Shown: positions 46,391-56,513, counted from the stretch's first letter. The stretch: DNA of 60,507 bases from a virus (IMGVR_UViG_3300030090_004814:1-60507); one strand, 5' to 3'. Notes: generated by a model not told the origin, from the letters alone. Program-made: numbers and translations.

Positions 46391-47683
46391 ATGAAAGCAC
46401 TCTACCCAAAGCAAGGCACCGCTGCCGACTTTTTTATTAACACCCTTAGTAATGGTAAATCAACTATTGATACTTCTAGTGTAGGTACAGGTAAAACTGT
46501 AGTCGCTAGCCACATATCAAAAGAGTTAGGAAGACCAGTTGCTGTTATTTGCCCAAAAGCTGTCATCCCATCATGGGAAAGAGAGTTAGAAGAATTTGGT
46601 GTAAAACCTTTATTTGTATTGAATTACGAAAAGATAAGGACTGGTAATACAGAGTTTATGACTAAGCGAGGTAAGAAGATAATGACCTGGCATTTACCTG
46701 AAGACACTATCATCTTAATGGACGAGATACATAAAGCAAAAGGTCCTTATACTCAAAATGCACAACTATTAATATCTTTGATTACGCAAAAGTTTTTGGT
46801 GCACGGCATGAGTGCTACTGCATGTGAAGACCCTACAGAAATGAGAGCTATAGGGTACATGTTAGGTCTACATAGTTTGAATAAATCTGTTTCTCCAAAA
46901 AGGAGTTGGTACTCATGGATGTTATCTAATGGTTGTCTACAAGACCAATGGAAGACTTGGAAGTTAGCTAGTAGAAAAAAGTTAAAATCTGTTAAAGAAA
47001 CAATTTATGGGGTTACTGGTTTTAAGTTAACTATTGAAGACTTCCCTGATTCATTTAGAGATAACCGAGTTTTTGTAGAGCCAATACAATTCAATGCTCC
47101 TAATAAAATTATAAAAGCTTACGAGGACTTAGGGGTTACTCCAGACATTGTACAACAATTTATTGAGCACGGTAGTGTTGAGAACAGTGACTTTGATATT
47201 GTGAATATCCTACGTGCTAGAATGCTCGCTGAGAGCTACAAGGTTTTAGATCTAGCGGATATGTCAACTGATCTGTACCACCAAGGTAACTCTGTTGTGA
47301 TCTTTGTGAACTTCAAAGAAACGATTGATACCCTTTGCCAAAAACTAGATTGTGGCAGGATTGATGGTGGGCAAACTGCTCAAGAAAGACAGAAAGAGAT
47401 TGATGATTTTCAATCTGATAAAAGAAGAATACTTGCTGTTAATACAGCAGCAGGAGGCACAGGACTGTCTCTGCATGATGTGAAAGGCAAACACCCTAGA
47501 GTTAGTTTGATTAGCCCTTCTTTCTCTGCTAAAAACCATCTACAAGTCCTAGGAAGAATACACAGGAACGGAGCAAAGTCAGATGCTGTACAAAAGATAT
47601 TAGTGGCTGCGGGATCTATAGAAGAGAACGTAATGAAAGCCATAGAAAGAAAACTTAAAAACTTAGAAACATTACATGGATAA
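46391..47683 (+). CDS. SF2 (SNF2-like) helicase
   Basis: GTGKT, DEIH, SAT, GGTGLSL, Q.LGRIHR. Confidence 0.9.
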   Translation: MKALYPKQGTAADFFINTLSNGKSTIDTSSVGTGKTVVASHISKELGRPVAVICPKAVIPSWERELEEFGVKPLFVLNYEKIRTGNTEFMTKRGKKIMTWHLPEDTIILMDEIHKAKGPYTQNAQLLISLITQKFLVHGMSATACEDPTEMRAIGYMLGLHSLNKSVSPKRSWYSWMLSNGCLQDQWKTWKLASRKKLKSVKETIYGVTGFKLTIEDFPDSFRDNRVFVEPIQFNAPNKIIKAYEDLGVTPDIVQQFIEHGSVENSDFDIVNILRARMLAESYKVLDLADMSTDLYHQGNSVVIFVNFKETIDTLCQKLDCGRIDGGQTAQERQKEIDDFQSDKRRILAVNTAAGGTGLSLHDVKGKHPRVSLISPSFSAKNHLQVLGRIHRNGAKSDAVQKILVAAGSIEENVMKAIERKLKNLETLHG

Positions 47684-48794
47684 CCAACCAGATCATGGAA
47701 GTAGAGGACACGCAGAGTTTTCACCATCTAGTCTTAAATATGTAGCCACTTGTCCTGGCTTCAAAGGGCGAAGTGGTACTAACGCTGCTGCTGAAAAAGG
47801 AACACGGATACATGAAGCATTAGAGATTAGAGATCCTTCAGCATTACACGATGAAGAGGAGCTTGAGATTTATGAGCAGATTGTAAAAGATGAAGCTGAG
47901 TTCATGCAGGAAATTATTGGGGATGAGGAATATGAAGAGCACAATGAAATGCTCACTCACGTACAGTTAAATGGGACTAGTACATGGGGGACTTGTGATC
48001 GTTTAATACTGTATGCGGATAAAGCGATTATGGGCGATTACAAAACTGGTATATCAGTTATTGATTCACCTAGAGACAATTGGCAAGCTAAAGCATATGC
48101 TTTGGGAGCTTTTCAAAAGTTTAAACAAATTAAGGAAATTACTTTCGTATTTTATGTTCCTGTTAGGAATGAAGTTCTACATGATGTATTTAAGCGTGAA
48201 GAAATGGAGGAGATGACCCATGAACTTTCTTTAGTTATCTTACAAGGCGAAAAAATTAGACCACAGTGGGAGTATGGTAAACCTGCTATAGCCGATGTTA
48301 ACCCAACTGTTAATTGCAGATTCTGTGCTTTTGAAGCTAAGTGCCCTGCTTTAGGTGCGATAGCTATACAAGTAGCTAAAAAGGTAGCCGACCATTCTAT
48401 TCCTGATACAGACATATCTGATCCTGATGATCCAAAGACTCTTGAAGAACTTTGGGCAATCGCAAAGATAGTAACTAACTGGGCAACACGTATAAAAGCC
48501 AAAGCTATTACTATGGCTAAAGAAGGGCATGAGTTTCCTTCATTGAGATTGAAGTCAATGGGGGCTACAAAAAAATGTAACGACAATAAAAAATTAGCTG
48601 AAATTGCTAAGAAGCATAACTTGTCGGATGAAGAATTACTCACACTTGCAACTTTTCCTTTGCAAAAGATTGCAACTGCTGTAAGTAAACAAGCCCCTGA
48701 TGGGGAGAAAGGACAAGCAAAACAGGATTTTTTGAATGAATTGCTTGAAGAAAAAATTGTCGATGTCTCCGAAACAAGGTACACATTGACGTAA
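47676..48794 (+). CDS. Cas4-like PD-(D/E)XK exonuclease (DUF2800-like)
   Basis: SPSS..CP, GT..H, GTCD, DYKTG, Q...Y, CRFC.....C. Confidence 0.85.
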   Translation: MDNQPDHGSRGHAEFSPSSLKYVATCPGFKGRSGTNAAAEKGTRIHEALEIRDPSALHDEEELEIYEQIVKDEAEFMQEIIGDEEYEEHNEMLTHVQLNGTSTWGTCDRLILYADKAIMGDYKTGISVIDSPRDNWQAKAYALGAFQKFKQIKEITFVFYVPVRNEVLHDVFKREEMEEMTHELSLVILQGEKIRPQWEYGKPAIADVNPTVNCRFCAFEAKCPALGAIAIQVAKKVADHSIPDTDISDPDDPKTLEELWAIAKIVTNWATRIKAKAITMAKEGHEFPSLRLKSMGATKKCNDNKKLAEIAKKHNLSDEELLTLATFPLQKIATAVSKQAPDGEKGQAKQDFLNELLEEKIVDVSETRYTLT

Positions 48795-48813
48795 ATTAAA
48801 ATAAAATATAAAA

Positions 48814-49491
48814 ATGAGTAAAACGAAAAAACCGCCTAAAGCGGAAATTGTAAAGCCTGAAAAGGCAGAGTTAGCAGCAGATACTGAATCAGCAAGATTC
48901 ACTATATCAAGAGACGATATTAACGTATCAAAGTTTAATGTTAAACAAAACTCTTCAGGGTACGAAGCAGGATCTTCTGGATCGTTAGTCTACAACATGG
49001 AAACCGAAGTGGTTCCCCCAAACACAACTAGTGATATTATCTTTGTAGATATTAAAAAATATTGGATGGAAGATGTAGGTTATGAAAATGACATTAAACC
49101 ACGCACTGCCCATACAGAAGAAGAAGCAAAAATTCTTGAAGAAGAGTCTGAGTTTGTGGTCCGTAAGTGTGCTGACCTTACCTTCTTAGTTCCGCAGCCT
49201 GATGATTGTGAAGATGATTCTCCATTCACATATGCTCTAGGAGATAAGAACTATGCTTTTGGCAAGATGTTTGTATGGAAAGGAGCTTATAGGGGGACCT
49301 ATGAAAAGATAGCTACCTTTCTTGTTACCAACCTCAATGCTGAATGTGAAGACATGTGCTGGACATTTAGAACAGTTGAACAAGAGTTCAAAAGAAATCG
49401 TTGGATGGAGCCTCGTGTGGACCCTTGTAATAAGCCAGTACCACAAGAAGCTAAAGATCTTGCAGTCAGAATGAGAGCCATACTCGCATGA
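48814..49491 (+). CDS. Putative ssDNA-binding protein
   Basis: Position between exonuclease and PolA; beta-rich. Confidence 0.5.
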   Translation: MSKTKKPPKAEIVKPEKAELAADTESARFTISRDDINVSKFNVKQNSSGYEAGSSGSLVYNMETEVVPPNTTSDIIFVDIKKYWMEDVGYENDIKPRTAHTEEEAKILEEESEFVVRKCADLTFLVPQPDDCEDDSPFTYALGDKNYAFGKMFVWKGAYRGTYEKIATFLVTNLNAECEDMCWTFRTVEQEFKRNRWMEPRVDPCNKPVPQEAKDLAVRMRAILA

Positions 49492-49682
49492 CCGAAAGAG
49501 AAATATTACAGAAAGAACTCGAAGCTGTGCAAGAGAGTATAGTTGAGGTCAGAAAGAACCTCGAAGATCTCACGCAAATGCTAGGAAGAATGAATCTACT
49601 TAGCAATATCTTCAGCAAAGAGTTAGAATCAATGGGTGGTCCAGACCCAAAAGAAGAAAAAGATTCTAGCGTGGACAGCTAG
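49488..49682 (+). CDS. Small coiled-coil protein
   Basis: ATGA-coupled. Confidence 0.6.
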   Translation: MTEREILQKELEAVQESIVEVRKNLEDLTQMLGRMNLLSNIFSKELESMGGPDPKEEKDSSVDS

Positions 49683-49714
49683 TTAGCCCAAGGAGTTGAG
49701 GGACTCCTTCCTTA

Positions 49715-49766
49715 CCCTAGTGGTCTTGGTTTTTCTTGCTTTCTACCAAGATCACTAGGGACTTTT
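49715..49766 (+). terminator. Hairpin upstream of polymerase
   Basis: CCCTAGTGGTCTTGGT/ACCAAGATCACTAGGG 16-bp stem then ACTTTT. Confidence 0.6.
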
Positions 49767-49772
49767 ACCCCT

Positions 49773-51533
49773 ATGAATACCTTTGCCCTTGATTACGAAA
49801 CTTATTATGATAAGAACTGCTCTATTAAGACTCTTGGTCCTTTAGGGTATTTCAGCCACCCTGAGTTTGATGCTTATCGAGTTTCTGTTTGGGGAGATGA
49901 GGGGACAAAGTTTGTAGGGCACCCAAAAGATTTTGATTGGGATTTATTAGAAGGCAATCGTGTTCTCAGTCACAATGCTTCCTTTGATGAGACGCTATAT
50001 CTGTATGGTATAAAACAAGACTGGTGGCCTGGTGTAAAGTATGCAGAGTGGCATTGCACGGCTGACTTAGCAGTCTACTGCGGTTTGCCTAGATCACTTA
50101 AAGGATCAACTGGCGTTGTTTTTGATTTAGAGGTTAGTAAAGAAACTAGAGATAATATGTCAGGCAAGAAGTGGGAGGATATGCTCGAAGGTTTTCAGGA
50201 AGAAGTCGATGAGTATGCTTTGAAAGATTCTGAGCTTTGCTTACAGCTTTGGGAAGAGTTATCACCAAAATGGCCTGAACACGAAAGAGATATTAGCAGA
50301 ACCAATAGGACAATAGTACAAAGAGGCATCCCTATTGATTATGACCTTCTAACAAAGAACAAGAATGTTATAGCCAATAAACTTTTTGAAACTGAAAAGA
50401 ATATTCCTTGGTTCGGAGAAGCTCCAACATTGTCCAGGAAATCATTCAATGAAGAGTGCCGTAAAGTTGGTATTGATCCCCCAGCTAGTTTAGCTCTTAG
50501 TAGTGAAGAAGCTAATGAGTGGATAGATGATCATAAAGAGAGTCATCCTTTTACGGAAGCTGTTAGGGACTACAGAAGAATTAATGCTCTTAAAAAGAAA
50601 CTAGATAGTTTTGAATATGCTACCCTTGATGACTCAAGATACTATGGGGGCTGTTTTTATTTTGGAGCACATACTGGAAGATACTCAGGAAGTGGAGGTA
50701 ACTTGAATATGCAGAACCTTCCTAGGGCAGAACATTTCGGTATAAACCTGAGACACATGATCTCTGCACCTGTGAACAAGAAACTCATTATTGCTGACTT
50801 ATCTCAAATCGAAGTTAGGACTCTTTGTTACTTGGCAGGAGATTTTGATATCATGGAAGATATTAAAGAAGCAGATGACATCTATGAAGTCTTTGCTAGA
50901 GAATTAGGTTTTTGGAGTGGGGACGGTTCTTTTAAAGAAGCTGATGAAGGAAAACTCAGGCATAAAGTAAAACAAATTGTTTTAGGATGTGGGTATGGGG
51001 TATCAGGTAAGAAGTTCGCAATGATATCAGGATTTCCTATTGAGCAAGCAATTGACTACGTAAGAATTTACAGAGATAAAATGAACAAAGTTGTAAAGCT
51101 TTGGAATAAATACCAAAGAAGTTTGGTTGTTGCTAACCATTTACAAAAAGATTTTACAATAGAACTTCCCTCTAAAAGAGTTCTTAATTATGGGAGCATA
51201 AAGAAAAGTGCAGGGGAGTTTAGAACTAATTATGTGTCCCATCATTATAAAGGTAACAAACAAGTACCTATTCGCCTATGGGGAGGTCTTCTCGCAGAGA
51301 ATGCCTCACAAGCTCTTAGTAGAGATATCTTTTCAGATATGATGCTTCGTCTTGAGGAAGAAGGCATCAAAACAATTTTTCATGTCCATGATGAATTTAT
51401 CATTGAGGTCGATGAAAATAAAGCAGACGCAACTCTTGAGAAAGTTTTGCAAGTCATGTCCACGCCCCCTAAATGGATACCTGAAATCCCTTTAGAGGCA
51501 GAAGGTAAAATAGTAGATAGATACGAAAAATGA
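49773..51533 (+). CDS. polA: DNA polymerase family A with 3'-5' exonuclease
   Basis: Exo DYET/HNASFD/YALKD; motif A DLSQIE.R; motif B RHKVKQIVLGCGYG; motif C VHDE. Confidence 0.95.
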   Translation: MNTFALDYETYYDKNCSIKTLGPLGYFSHPEFDAYRVSVWGDEGTKFVGHPKDFDWDLLEGNRVLSHNASFDETLYLYGIKQDWWPGVKYAEWHCTADLAVYCGLPRSLKGSTGVVFDLEVSKETRDNMSGKKWEDMLEGFQEEVDEYALKDSELCLQLWEELSPKWPEHERDISRTNRTIVQRGIPIDYDLLTKNKNVIANKLFETEKNIPWFGEAPTLSRKSFNEECRKVGIDPPASLALSSEEANEWIDDHKESHPFTEAVRDYRRINALKKKLDSFEYATLDDSRYYGGCFYFGAHTGRYSGSGGNLNMQNLPRAEHFGINLRHMISAPVNKKLIIADLSQIEVRTLCYLAGDFDIMEDIKEADDIYEVFARELGFWSGDGSFKEADEGKLRHKVKQIVLGCGYGVSGKKFAMISGFPIEQAIDYVRIYRDKMNKVVKLWNKYQRSLVVANHLQKDFTIELPSKRVLNYGSIKKSAGEFRTNYVSHHYKGNKQVPIRLWGGLLAENASQALSRDIFSDMMLRLEEEGIKTIFHVHDEFIIEVDENKADATLEKVLQVMSTPPKWIPEIPLEAEGKIVDRYEK

Positions 51534-53713
51534 GTTACAGATATATTAAGAACCTATTAGATAAAAAAGCAGTCAAGTGTCCTGATTTAACAGCACTTAA
51601 AAAGAAAAGACCCTCACTTAAAGGTAAACTAGCATATAGGAAATGGTGCAAAGATAAAGACACAGAACATGTATTCTATTCTCTTTGTGAAGGTGACAAT
51701 GCAAACCTTAGAATAGATGGTCAAAACCCTTTATATGCGGTAAGTGGTATAGTTGCAGACTATGATGCAAATGTGGATTGGGATACAGTGGATGATCAAA
51801 TCAGGATAGGATGTAAAGATTTATTGCCTACATGGAGGACTAAAACATTTTCAAATTATATTAGACTGATATGGGAGTTTGAAGAAAAGATACCAGTATC
51901 TTCTGATATGTATTCAGCTTTCTGTAAAAGGATATCTACTAAGATTGGAGTTGAAAGAGTATTACCTGGGTTTGATCAAAGCTCTTTTAAGAGTAGCCAA
52001 TACTTTGAGCTTGGAGAAGATTGGCAAAGACTAGGGGATGCCTTGAGTAAATCAATTGCAACTACAGCATTGTTGCAAGCTGCAAAAGACAACCCACCAA
52101 CAACATCTGATGTATCCATCCCAATGGATATTCTAGAAAAAGAAATAAAAGAAAGATGGCCTAACAGATGGGAAGGAGATTTTTATGAAGGAGCTAGAGG
52201 TCCTTTATTTTGGATAGATGATGGGATTGAAAGAGAAGGTTGTCAGGTAGCAGAGCACGGAATCATTTGCTACAGCGACAGAGGGCATAGCCCTTTCTTA
52301 AACTGGAGAGAGTTATTAGGGTCTAAGTTTGTAGAGGAATATGAGGGTAAAAAATTACAGAGTGTACTAGACCAGTATTGGTTCAATGGTAATAATTATT
52401 TTAAGTTGATGTACAATAGGGCCGTTAAGATTCCTGATAAGCAACTTAACTTAGAACTTAGAAAGTTAGGTTTTTCTCCTAAACCCAGGAAGAAAGAACC
52501 TGTATCAGAACTTGAGGATGCTGTGGATGCTATTAATAACCAAAACAGAATTGATGCTATAGCTCCTGTAGTATTTTCTAAAGAAAGAGTACTCACTTAT
52601 CACGGCAAAAGGATTCTAAATGAATCTAATAACATGCCTATTGAACCTGCTGAAACTGGATCATTCGACAAGTGGCCTTGGCTATATAAATTTTTAAACC
52701 AATTCTTAGCAAGAGATTCTTCAGAAGATCAATTACCTTACCTTTTGTCTTGGGCTAAAAGAGCTTATGAAGCTTTGAGAGAAGGAGTCCTTTCACAAGG
52801 ACAAGCTTTGATATTAGTAGGTCCTGCTGGAAGAGGTAAGACACTTTTATCGGGGGGTATACTAGCTCCTTTGTTTGGAGGATGTGCTAATGCTTCAGAT
52901 TACTTGTCAGGAAAAACATCTTTTAATAAAGACTTAGGAAACTTCCCTTTATGGGCAGTAGACGATACTGTTTCAGCAGCTAGTTTCCAAGATCAAAGAA
53001 GAGCTACTGAACTTATTAAAAGGGGTGTTGCTAATCCTAATATTGAGTACCATGCAAAATATGCGGATTCAATATCAATTCCAATGGCTCCTAGAATATT
53101 GCTTACATTAAACATGGACCCCAATAGTTTATCGGTAATCCCTTCTTTAGATCAAAGTAATAGAGATAAAATAATTGCTCTTAGAATATCTATGGATGCT
53201 TCAGAGGATTTCCCATCAAACGCAGACATTAAGAAGATCTTAGATGAAGAACTTCCTTACTTTGCAGCTTTTCTTCTTGAATACGATATACCTAAAAAGA
53301 TAGCTGGTAACAATAGGTTTGGAGTTAAATCATACATTGATGATATGATAGCTAATGCAGCTTATGACAATTCTAGGAGGTCCCATGTTGCTGAGTTAGT
53401 GGAGTACTTTGTTGTCAAAGCACGTTCTTGGTTTCAAGATGGTAAACCTGTTTGGACTGGTACTCTTACAGAGATGCAGTCTTTTATATTAGAGTTCTCA
53501 GGAGGTCGTCACATAGGCGTTTCAAATAATCTCGATGCGGTTCGCAGGGGTATGCTGACCTTAGAGGATCATAGTAAGAACAACAAAAATGCTAGACCTA
53601 TCAGATCTAGTGGAGCAGGGGCAGGTAAAGTTTGGGAAATTTCATTAGAGGAAAAATTTGATTTAGACAGAGAACCAATTATAAATAAAGAAACAGTTGA
53701 AGAAAAAGTATGA
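51530..53713 (+). CDS. Primase-polymerase/SF3-like helicase (DUF5906-like)
   Basis: N-terminal DYD primase motif; Walker A GPAGRGKT; Walker B VDD. Confidence 0.8.
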   Translation: MSYRYIKNLLDKKAVKCPDLTALKKKRPSLKGKLAYRKWCKDKDTEHVFYSLCEGDNANLRIDGQNPLYAVSGIVADYDANVDWDTVDDQIRIGCKDLLPTWRTKTFSNYIRLIWEFEEKIPVSSDMYSAFCKRISTKIGVERVLPGFDQSSFKSSQYFELGEDWQRLGDALSKSIATTALLQAAKDNPPTTSDVSIPMDILEKEIKERWPNRWEGDFYEGARGPLFWIDDGIEREGCQVAEHGIICYSDRGHSPFLNWRELLGSKFVEEYEGKKLQSVLDQYWFNGNNYFKLMYNRAVKIPDKQLNLELRKLGFSPKPRKKEPVSELEDAVDAINNQNRIDAIAPVVFSKERVLTYHGKRILNESNNMPIEPAETGSFDKWPWLYKFLNQFLARDSSEDQLPYLLSWAKRAYEALREGVLSQGQALILVGPAGRGKTLLSGGILAPLFGGCANASDYLSGKTSFNKDLGNFPLWAVDDTVSAASFQDQRRATELIKRGVANPNIEYHAKYADSISIPMAPRILLTLNMDPNSLSVIPSLDQSNRDKIIALRISMDASEDFPSNADIKKILDEELPYFAAFLLEYDIPKKIAGNNRFGVKSYIDDMIANAAYDNSRRSHVAELVEYFVVKARSWFQDGKPVWTGTLTEMQSFILEFSGGRHIGVSNNLDAVRRGMLTLEDHSKNNKNARPIRSSGAGAGKVWEISLEEKFDLDREPIINKETVEEKV

Positions 53714-53979
53714 TTGAAGATATAAATGATTTTTTACAAGAGATTGTTCCTGGTGAAGCCGATCAGGTATACACCATTGATAACCTTTCTTATGGTTTTA
53801 TTGGGGTAACAGATGATTTGCGAGCTATTTATAGTCTTGAAAAATGTGTTGAGAAGTATCACCCAAAAGAAAATAAAGACTCAGCAGAAGGGTTAGTTTG
53901 GGAAGAGTTTACACAACACATTGATCAAGCTATTTCTGAGGGGTTTGACCCACCTCTTTTAATAAACACTATAGCTTGA
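53710..53979 (+). CDS. Hypothetical protein, probable paralog of 45371-45643
   Basis: GFIG.....AIYS..KC...P.LI pattern. Confidence 0.55.
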   Translation: MIEDINDFLQEIVPGEADQVYTIDNLSYGFIGVTDDLRAIYSLEKCVEKYHPKENKDSAEGLVWEEFTQHIDQAISEGFDPPLLINTIA

Positions 53980-54502
53980 GTATATCTTTTGGTTTGTTTA
54001 AAGAACTTATTTCTAAATGCAATCCTGAAGATTTAAACTTAAATCCATCATTATCCGTATCCCCTCTGTTTACGTAGTGGGCAGTGCTCAAGAGTTTTTT
54101 AGTAGGTAGCCAACCAACTAACCAGGCATACATGAGATCCCTTCTAACTCGTGTAAAAAAGTAAATGTCGTTTTGAAACTTAAAGTTTTTAGAGCAATTT
54201 ACAAAAGCACTATAGTTTGGTTGTGGCTCTGAGCTACATGTTTTAGACTTCACCTCAATTTCTTTTTTCCGGAATCTTATATCATATGTGTATGAAGTGT
54301 CTCCTGTGTATTTACTTCTAGGTAAATACTTGTTAACTACAACCTCTCCTAAACAACCTACCATCCTACCTAATCCTCGTGTATATGAATTAGGCAAAAC
54401 ACCCATATCTTTAGCTCTTTGATGTGCTAAAGAGATATCTTCGCTTGTCGGTTCATATCCTATAAAATCACCAACCTCTATAAATTTTTTACTTTTGCTC
54501 AT
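53969..54502 (-). CDS. Putative PD-(D/E)XK nuclease-like protein
   Basis: G.LGE...YD......IEVKSK. Confidence 0.55.
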   Translation of the reverse strand: MSKSKKFIEVGDFIGYEPTSEDISLAHQRAKDMGVLPNSYTRGLGRMVGCLGEVVVNKYLPRSKYTGDTSYTYDIRFRKKEIEVKSKTCSSEPQPNYSAFVNCSKNFKFQNDIYFFTRVRRDLMYAWLVGWLPTKKLLSTAHYVNRGDTDNDGFKFKSSGLHLEISSLNKPKDILKL

Positions 54503-55028
54503 CTAGTAAGCGGATTCTTTCAGAAGCTGCTTCGTCGAAAGGCATCTTCAATGTTTTGGCGTTGCCTAAATCAACCCAAGGTTTTATGTTCCTTTCCATT
54601 CTTGGAGCGATCCCTGTTCCTTGTTTTAAGGATTTTCTATAATCGTCATTATTAAGAAGTTCTTTAGCTGCTGCATAATACTTACCCTCTTTAAATAACC
54701 CAATAGCTTTAGGTGATTGTCTGTAATCCCCTCTAAAATCTAAATCTATTAAAGATATTTTAATAGGGTTTGGAAAAGCATCAAAAGCACCTTTACCTAA
54801 ATCTTTATCTATATCATTTTTGACATAGTCTATCTTCTCTTTAATATCCACATTGAAAAGTTGTTTCGCTTTAGCTTCTGTTATCTCATTTAATTTTTCC
54901 CCCTTCTTTATCAAATGACCGATGCCAATAGTTGGGTTGCCTTCTGAATCCTTATACTTTTTCAAACGAAGTCCCTCGTTAGCTTTTATATATGAATAAT
55001 AATCAGGCTGTTTGTTTTCTTCACTCAT
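54489..55028 (-). CDS. Phage lysozyme (GH24-like)
   Basis: EGLRLKKYKD..G.PTIGIGHL catalytic E-D-T motif. Confidence 0.85.
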   Translation of the reverse strand: MSEENKQPDYYSYIKANEGLRLKKYKDSEGNPTIGIGHLIKKGEKLNEITEAKAKQLFNVDIKEKIDYVKNDIDKDLGKGAFDAFPNPIKISLIDLDFRGDYRQSPKAIGLFKEGKYYAAAKELLNNDDYRKSLKQGTGIAPRMERNIKPWVDLGNAKTLKMPFDEAASERIRLLDEQK

Positions 55029-55323
55029 CTTTATATTTTTTTAAAAAGGTTTCCCAGGCAGGGAAGAATATTTCTTCCATACAACGTACAACAGCCTCTT
55101 GATCATAATTCTCAAGCCATCCTACTCCACTTATAAGTAAGCTAGCCTCCATCATTTCGTGACGGATAGTGTTTAAAAGAGTTTTACCTTTAAGGTTTTT
55201 GTTTATCTCAATTGTTTTTTTATCGTGCAGGTATAACCCAAAATCGGGACTGTCCCCATTAAAAGGAACTACAACAAGTTTTATCCTTTGTCCTGCAATC
55301 GATATAGATTTTGGAAGTTGCAC
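55021..55323 (-). CDS. Zincin-like small protein
   Basis: TI.IN.......T..HEMMEA...E (HExxE variant); probable GTG start. Confidence 0.6.
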   Translation of the reverse strand: MQLPKSISIAGQRIKLVVVPFNGDSPDFGLYLHDKKTIEINKNLKGKTLLNTIRHEMMEASLLISGVGWLENYDQEAVVRCMEEIFFPAWETFLKKYKDE

Positions 55324-55324
55324 A

Positions 55325-55879
55325 TTACCACCTCTCTGAAAGGTCTTTATAAAGTTCAATTCCCGCTGCCATTGCCGTAGCAATACCCTCCATATTTTTT
55401 AGAGCAAGATCCCAATCCTCCTCATTACTACCAAAAAAAGGCTCTGCGATTAATGCTGGACAATGAGTTAACCTTAAAAATCCTGCTCCTCTGCTCCCTT
55501 TCCGCCTGGGCCGAATACCTCTGCTCCTTAATTGTGGGAAGCAGTCTTCAAATGAATCTCTTAAAGCACGGGCAAATAGCCTTCCTTTCTCTGAAGTGGT
55601 CCAATACAGCCACTCATGCCCTGTGGCTGATGGAGTAGCTGCATTAAAATGTAGTTCTATGGCTGCTTCTACTCCGTCATTACGCAGAGTCTTTGCTAGC
55701 CACTTCATCGCACTCCAATAACTGTTTCCTTTATAGGTTGAGTAGATTTTGTGCTTTACCTTTAACCTATCGCTGATCATATCAGCTAGTTGGGAATTAT
55801 AATCCCATTCAGTAACTCCAGTTACAGAGGCTGCTCCTGAGTTATTTGGTCGTGAGTGTCCTACGCATATTGCTATCAT
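55325..55879 (-). CDS. N-acetylmuramoyl-L-alanine amidase (Amidase_3 endolysin)
   Basis: GH, E, ELHFNA, G.E, P.LI.EPFF.SN. Confidence 0.9.
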   Translation of the reverse strand: MIAICVGHSRPNNSGAASVTGVTEWDYNSQLADMISDRLKVKHKIYSTYKGNSYWSAMKWLAKTLRNDGVEAAIELHFNAATPSATGHEWLYWTTSEKGRLFARALRDSFEDCFPQLRSRGIRPRRKGSRGAGFLRLTHCPALIAEPFFGSNEEDWDLALKNMEGIATAMAAGIELYKDLSERW

Positions 55880-55891
55880 TTTTACTGGGCA

Positions 55892-56509
55892 CTACTTTTT
55901 GTCTTTTCTTTTCTTGTCTCTAAAAGACATCCTTATCTTCTTTAATCTTACTGGGTCTGATATATTACTCGTATAACTATCTATTGCGGAACCATCCTCA
56001 TTCAAAATTAATCTCCCTTCCGTTCCCATCGTTGGATCACCTTCAGACAATATCTCCTGGCCAATTATATTTAGTCTAGTTCTTCCTGTATTATCTTTCC
56101 CTTTAAAAGAAATATCATCTAAAGGAGTAGCTTCATCTCTAAACCCACTTAAATCTTTACCACTCCTCTCAGCACCCCTAAGACCACTAAAATCTTTTTC
56201 ACTAGTAATTGAGTCTAACCCCTCTTCAACGGCTTCTTCAAAAGACAAAGGTGTTATATAAAGAGGTTTTTCTTTTTTAGAAGGAAAAGATCCAGAATTA
56301 GATGTAGTTTTTTCTTCAGTGACCTGAATAATACCTCGTCTAACAAGGTCTTTTTCCGCATCGTCAAACTCCTTAATCTGTTTACGGATGGCTTCTCTAG
56401 TACCTTTATCAAGTTTATCTAGAGAGCTTTGAGAAAGACCTTTAATATAATCTATTTTCTTTTTATTACTCGCATAGATTTTTTTAATTTCTTCTAATTC
56501 GTTAGGCAT
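55892..56509 (-). CDS. Hypothetical protein with SFEEAV motif
   Basis: 205-aa charged protein; KDFSGLR/KDLSGFR repeat. Confidence 0.65.
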   Translation of the reverse strand: MPNELEEIKKIYASNKKKIDYIKGLSQSSLDKLDKGTREAIRKQIKEFDDAEKDLVRRGIIQVTEEKTTSNSGSFPSKKEKPLYITPLSFEEAVEEGLDSITSEKDFSGLRGAERSGKDLSGFRDEATPLDDISFKGKDNTGRTRLNIIGQEILSEGDPTMGTEGRLILNEDGSAIDSYTSNISDPVRLKKIRMSFRDKKRKDKK

Positions 56510-56513
56510 ATAA

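Noticed and set aside
47676-48794. Cas4-like gene as CRISPR-Cas
   Set aside because: Sits in the helicase-SSB-PolA operon with no cas genes or array; a common phage exonuclease
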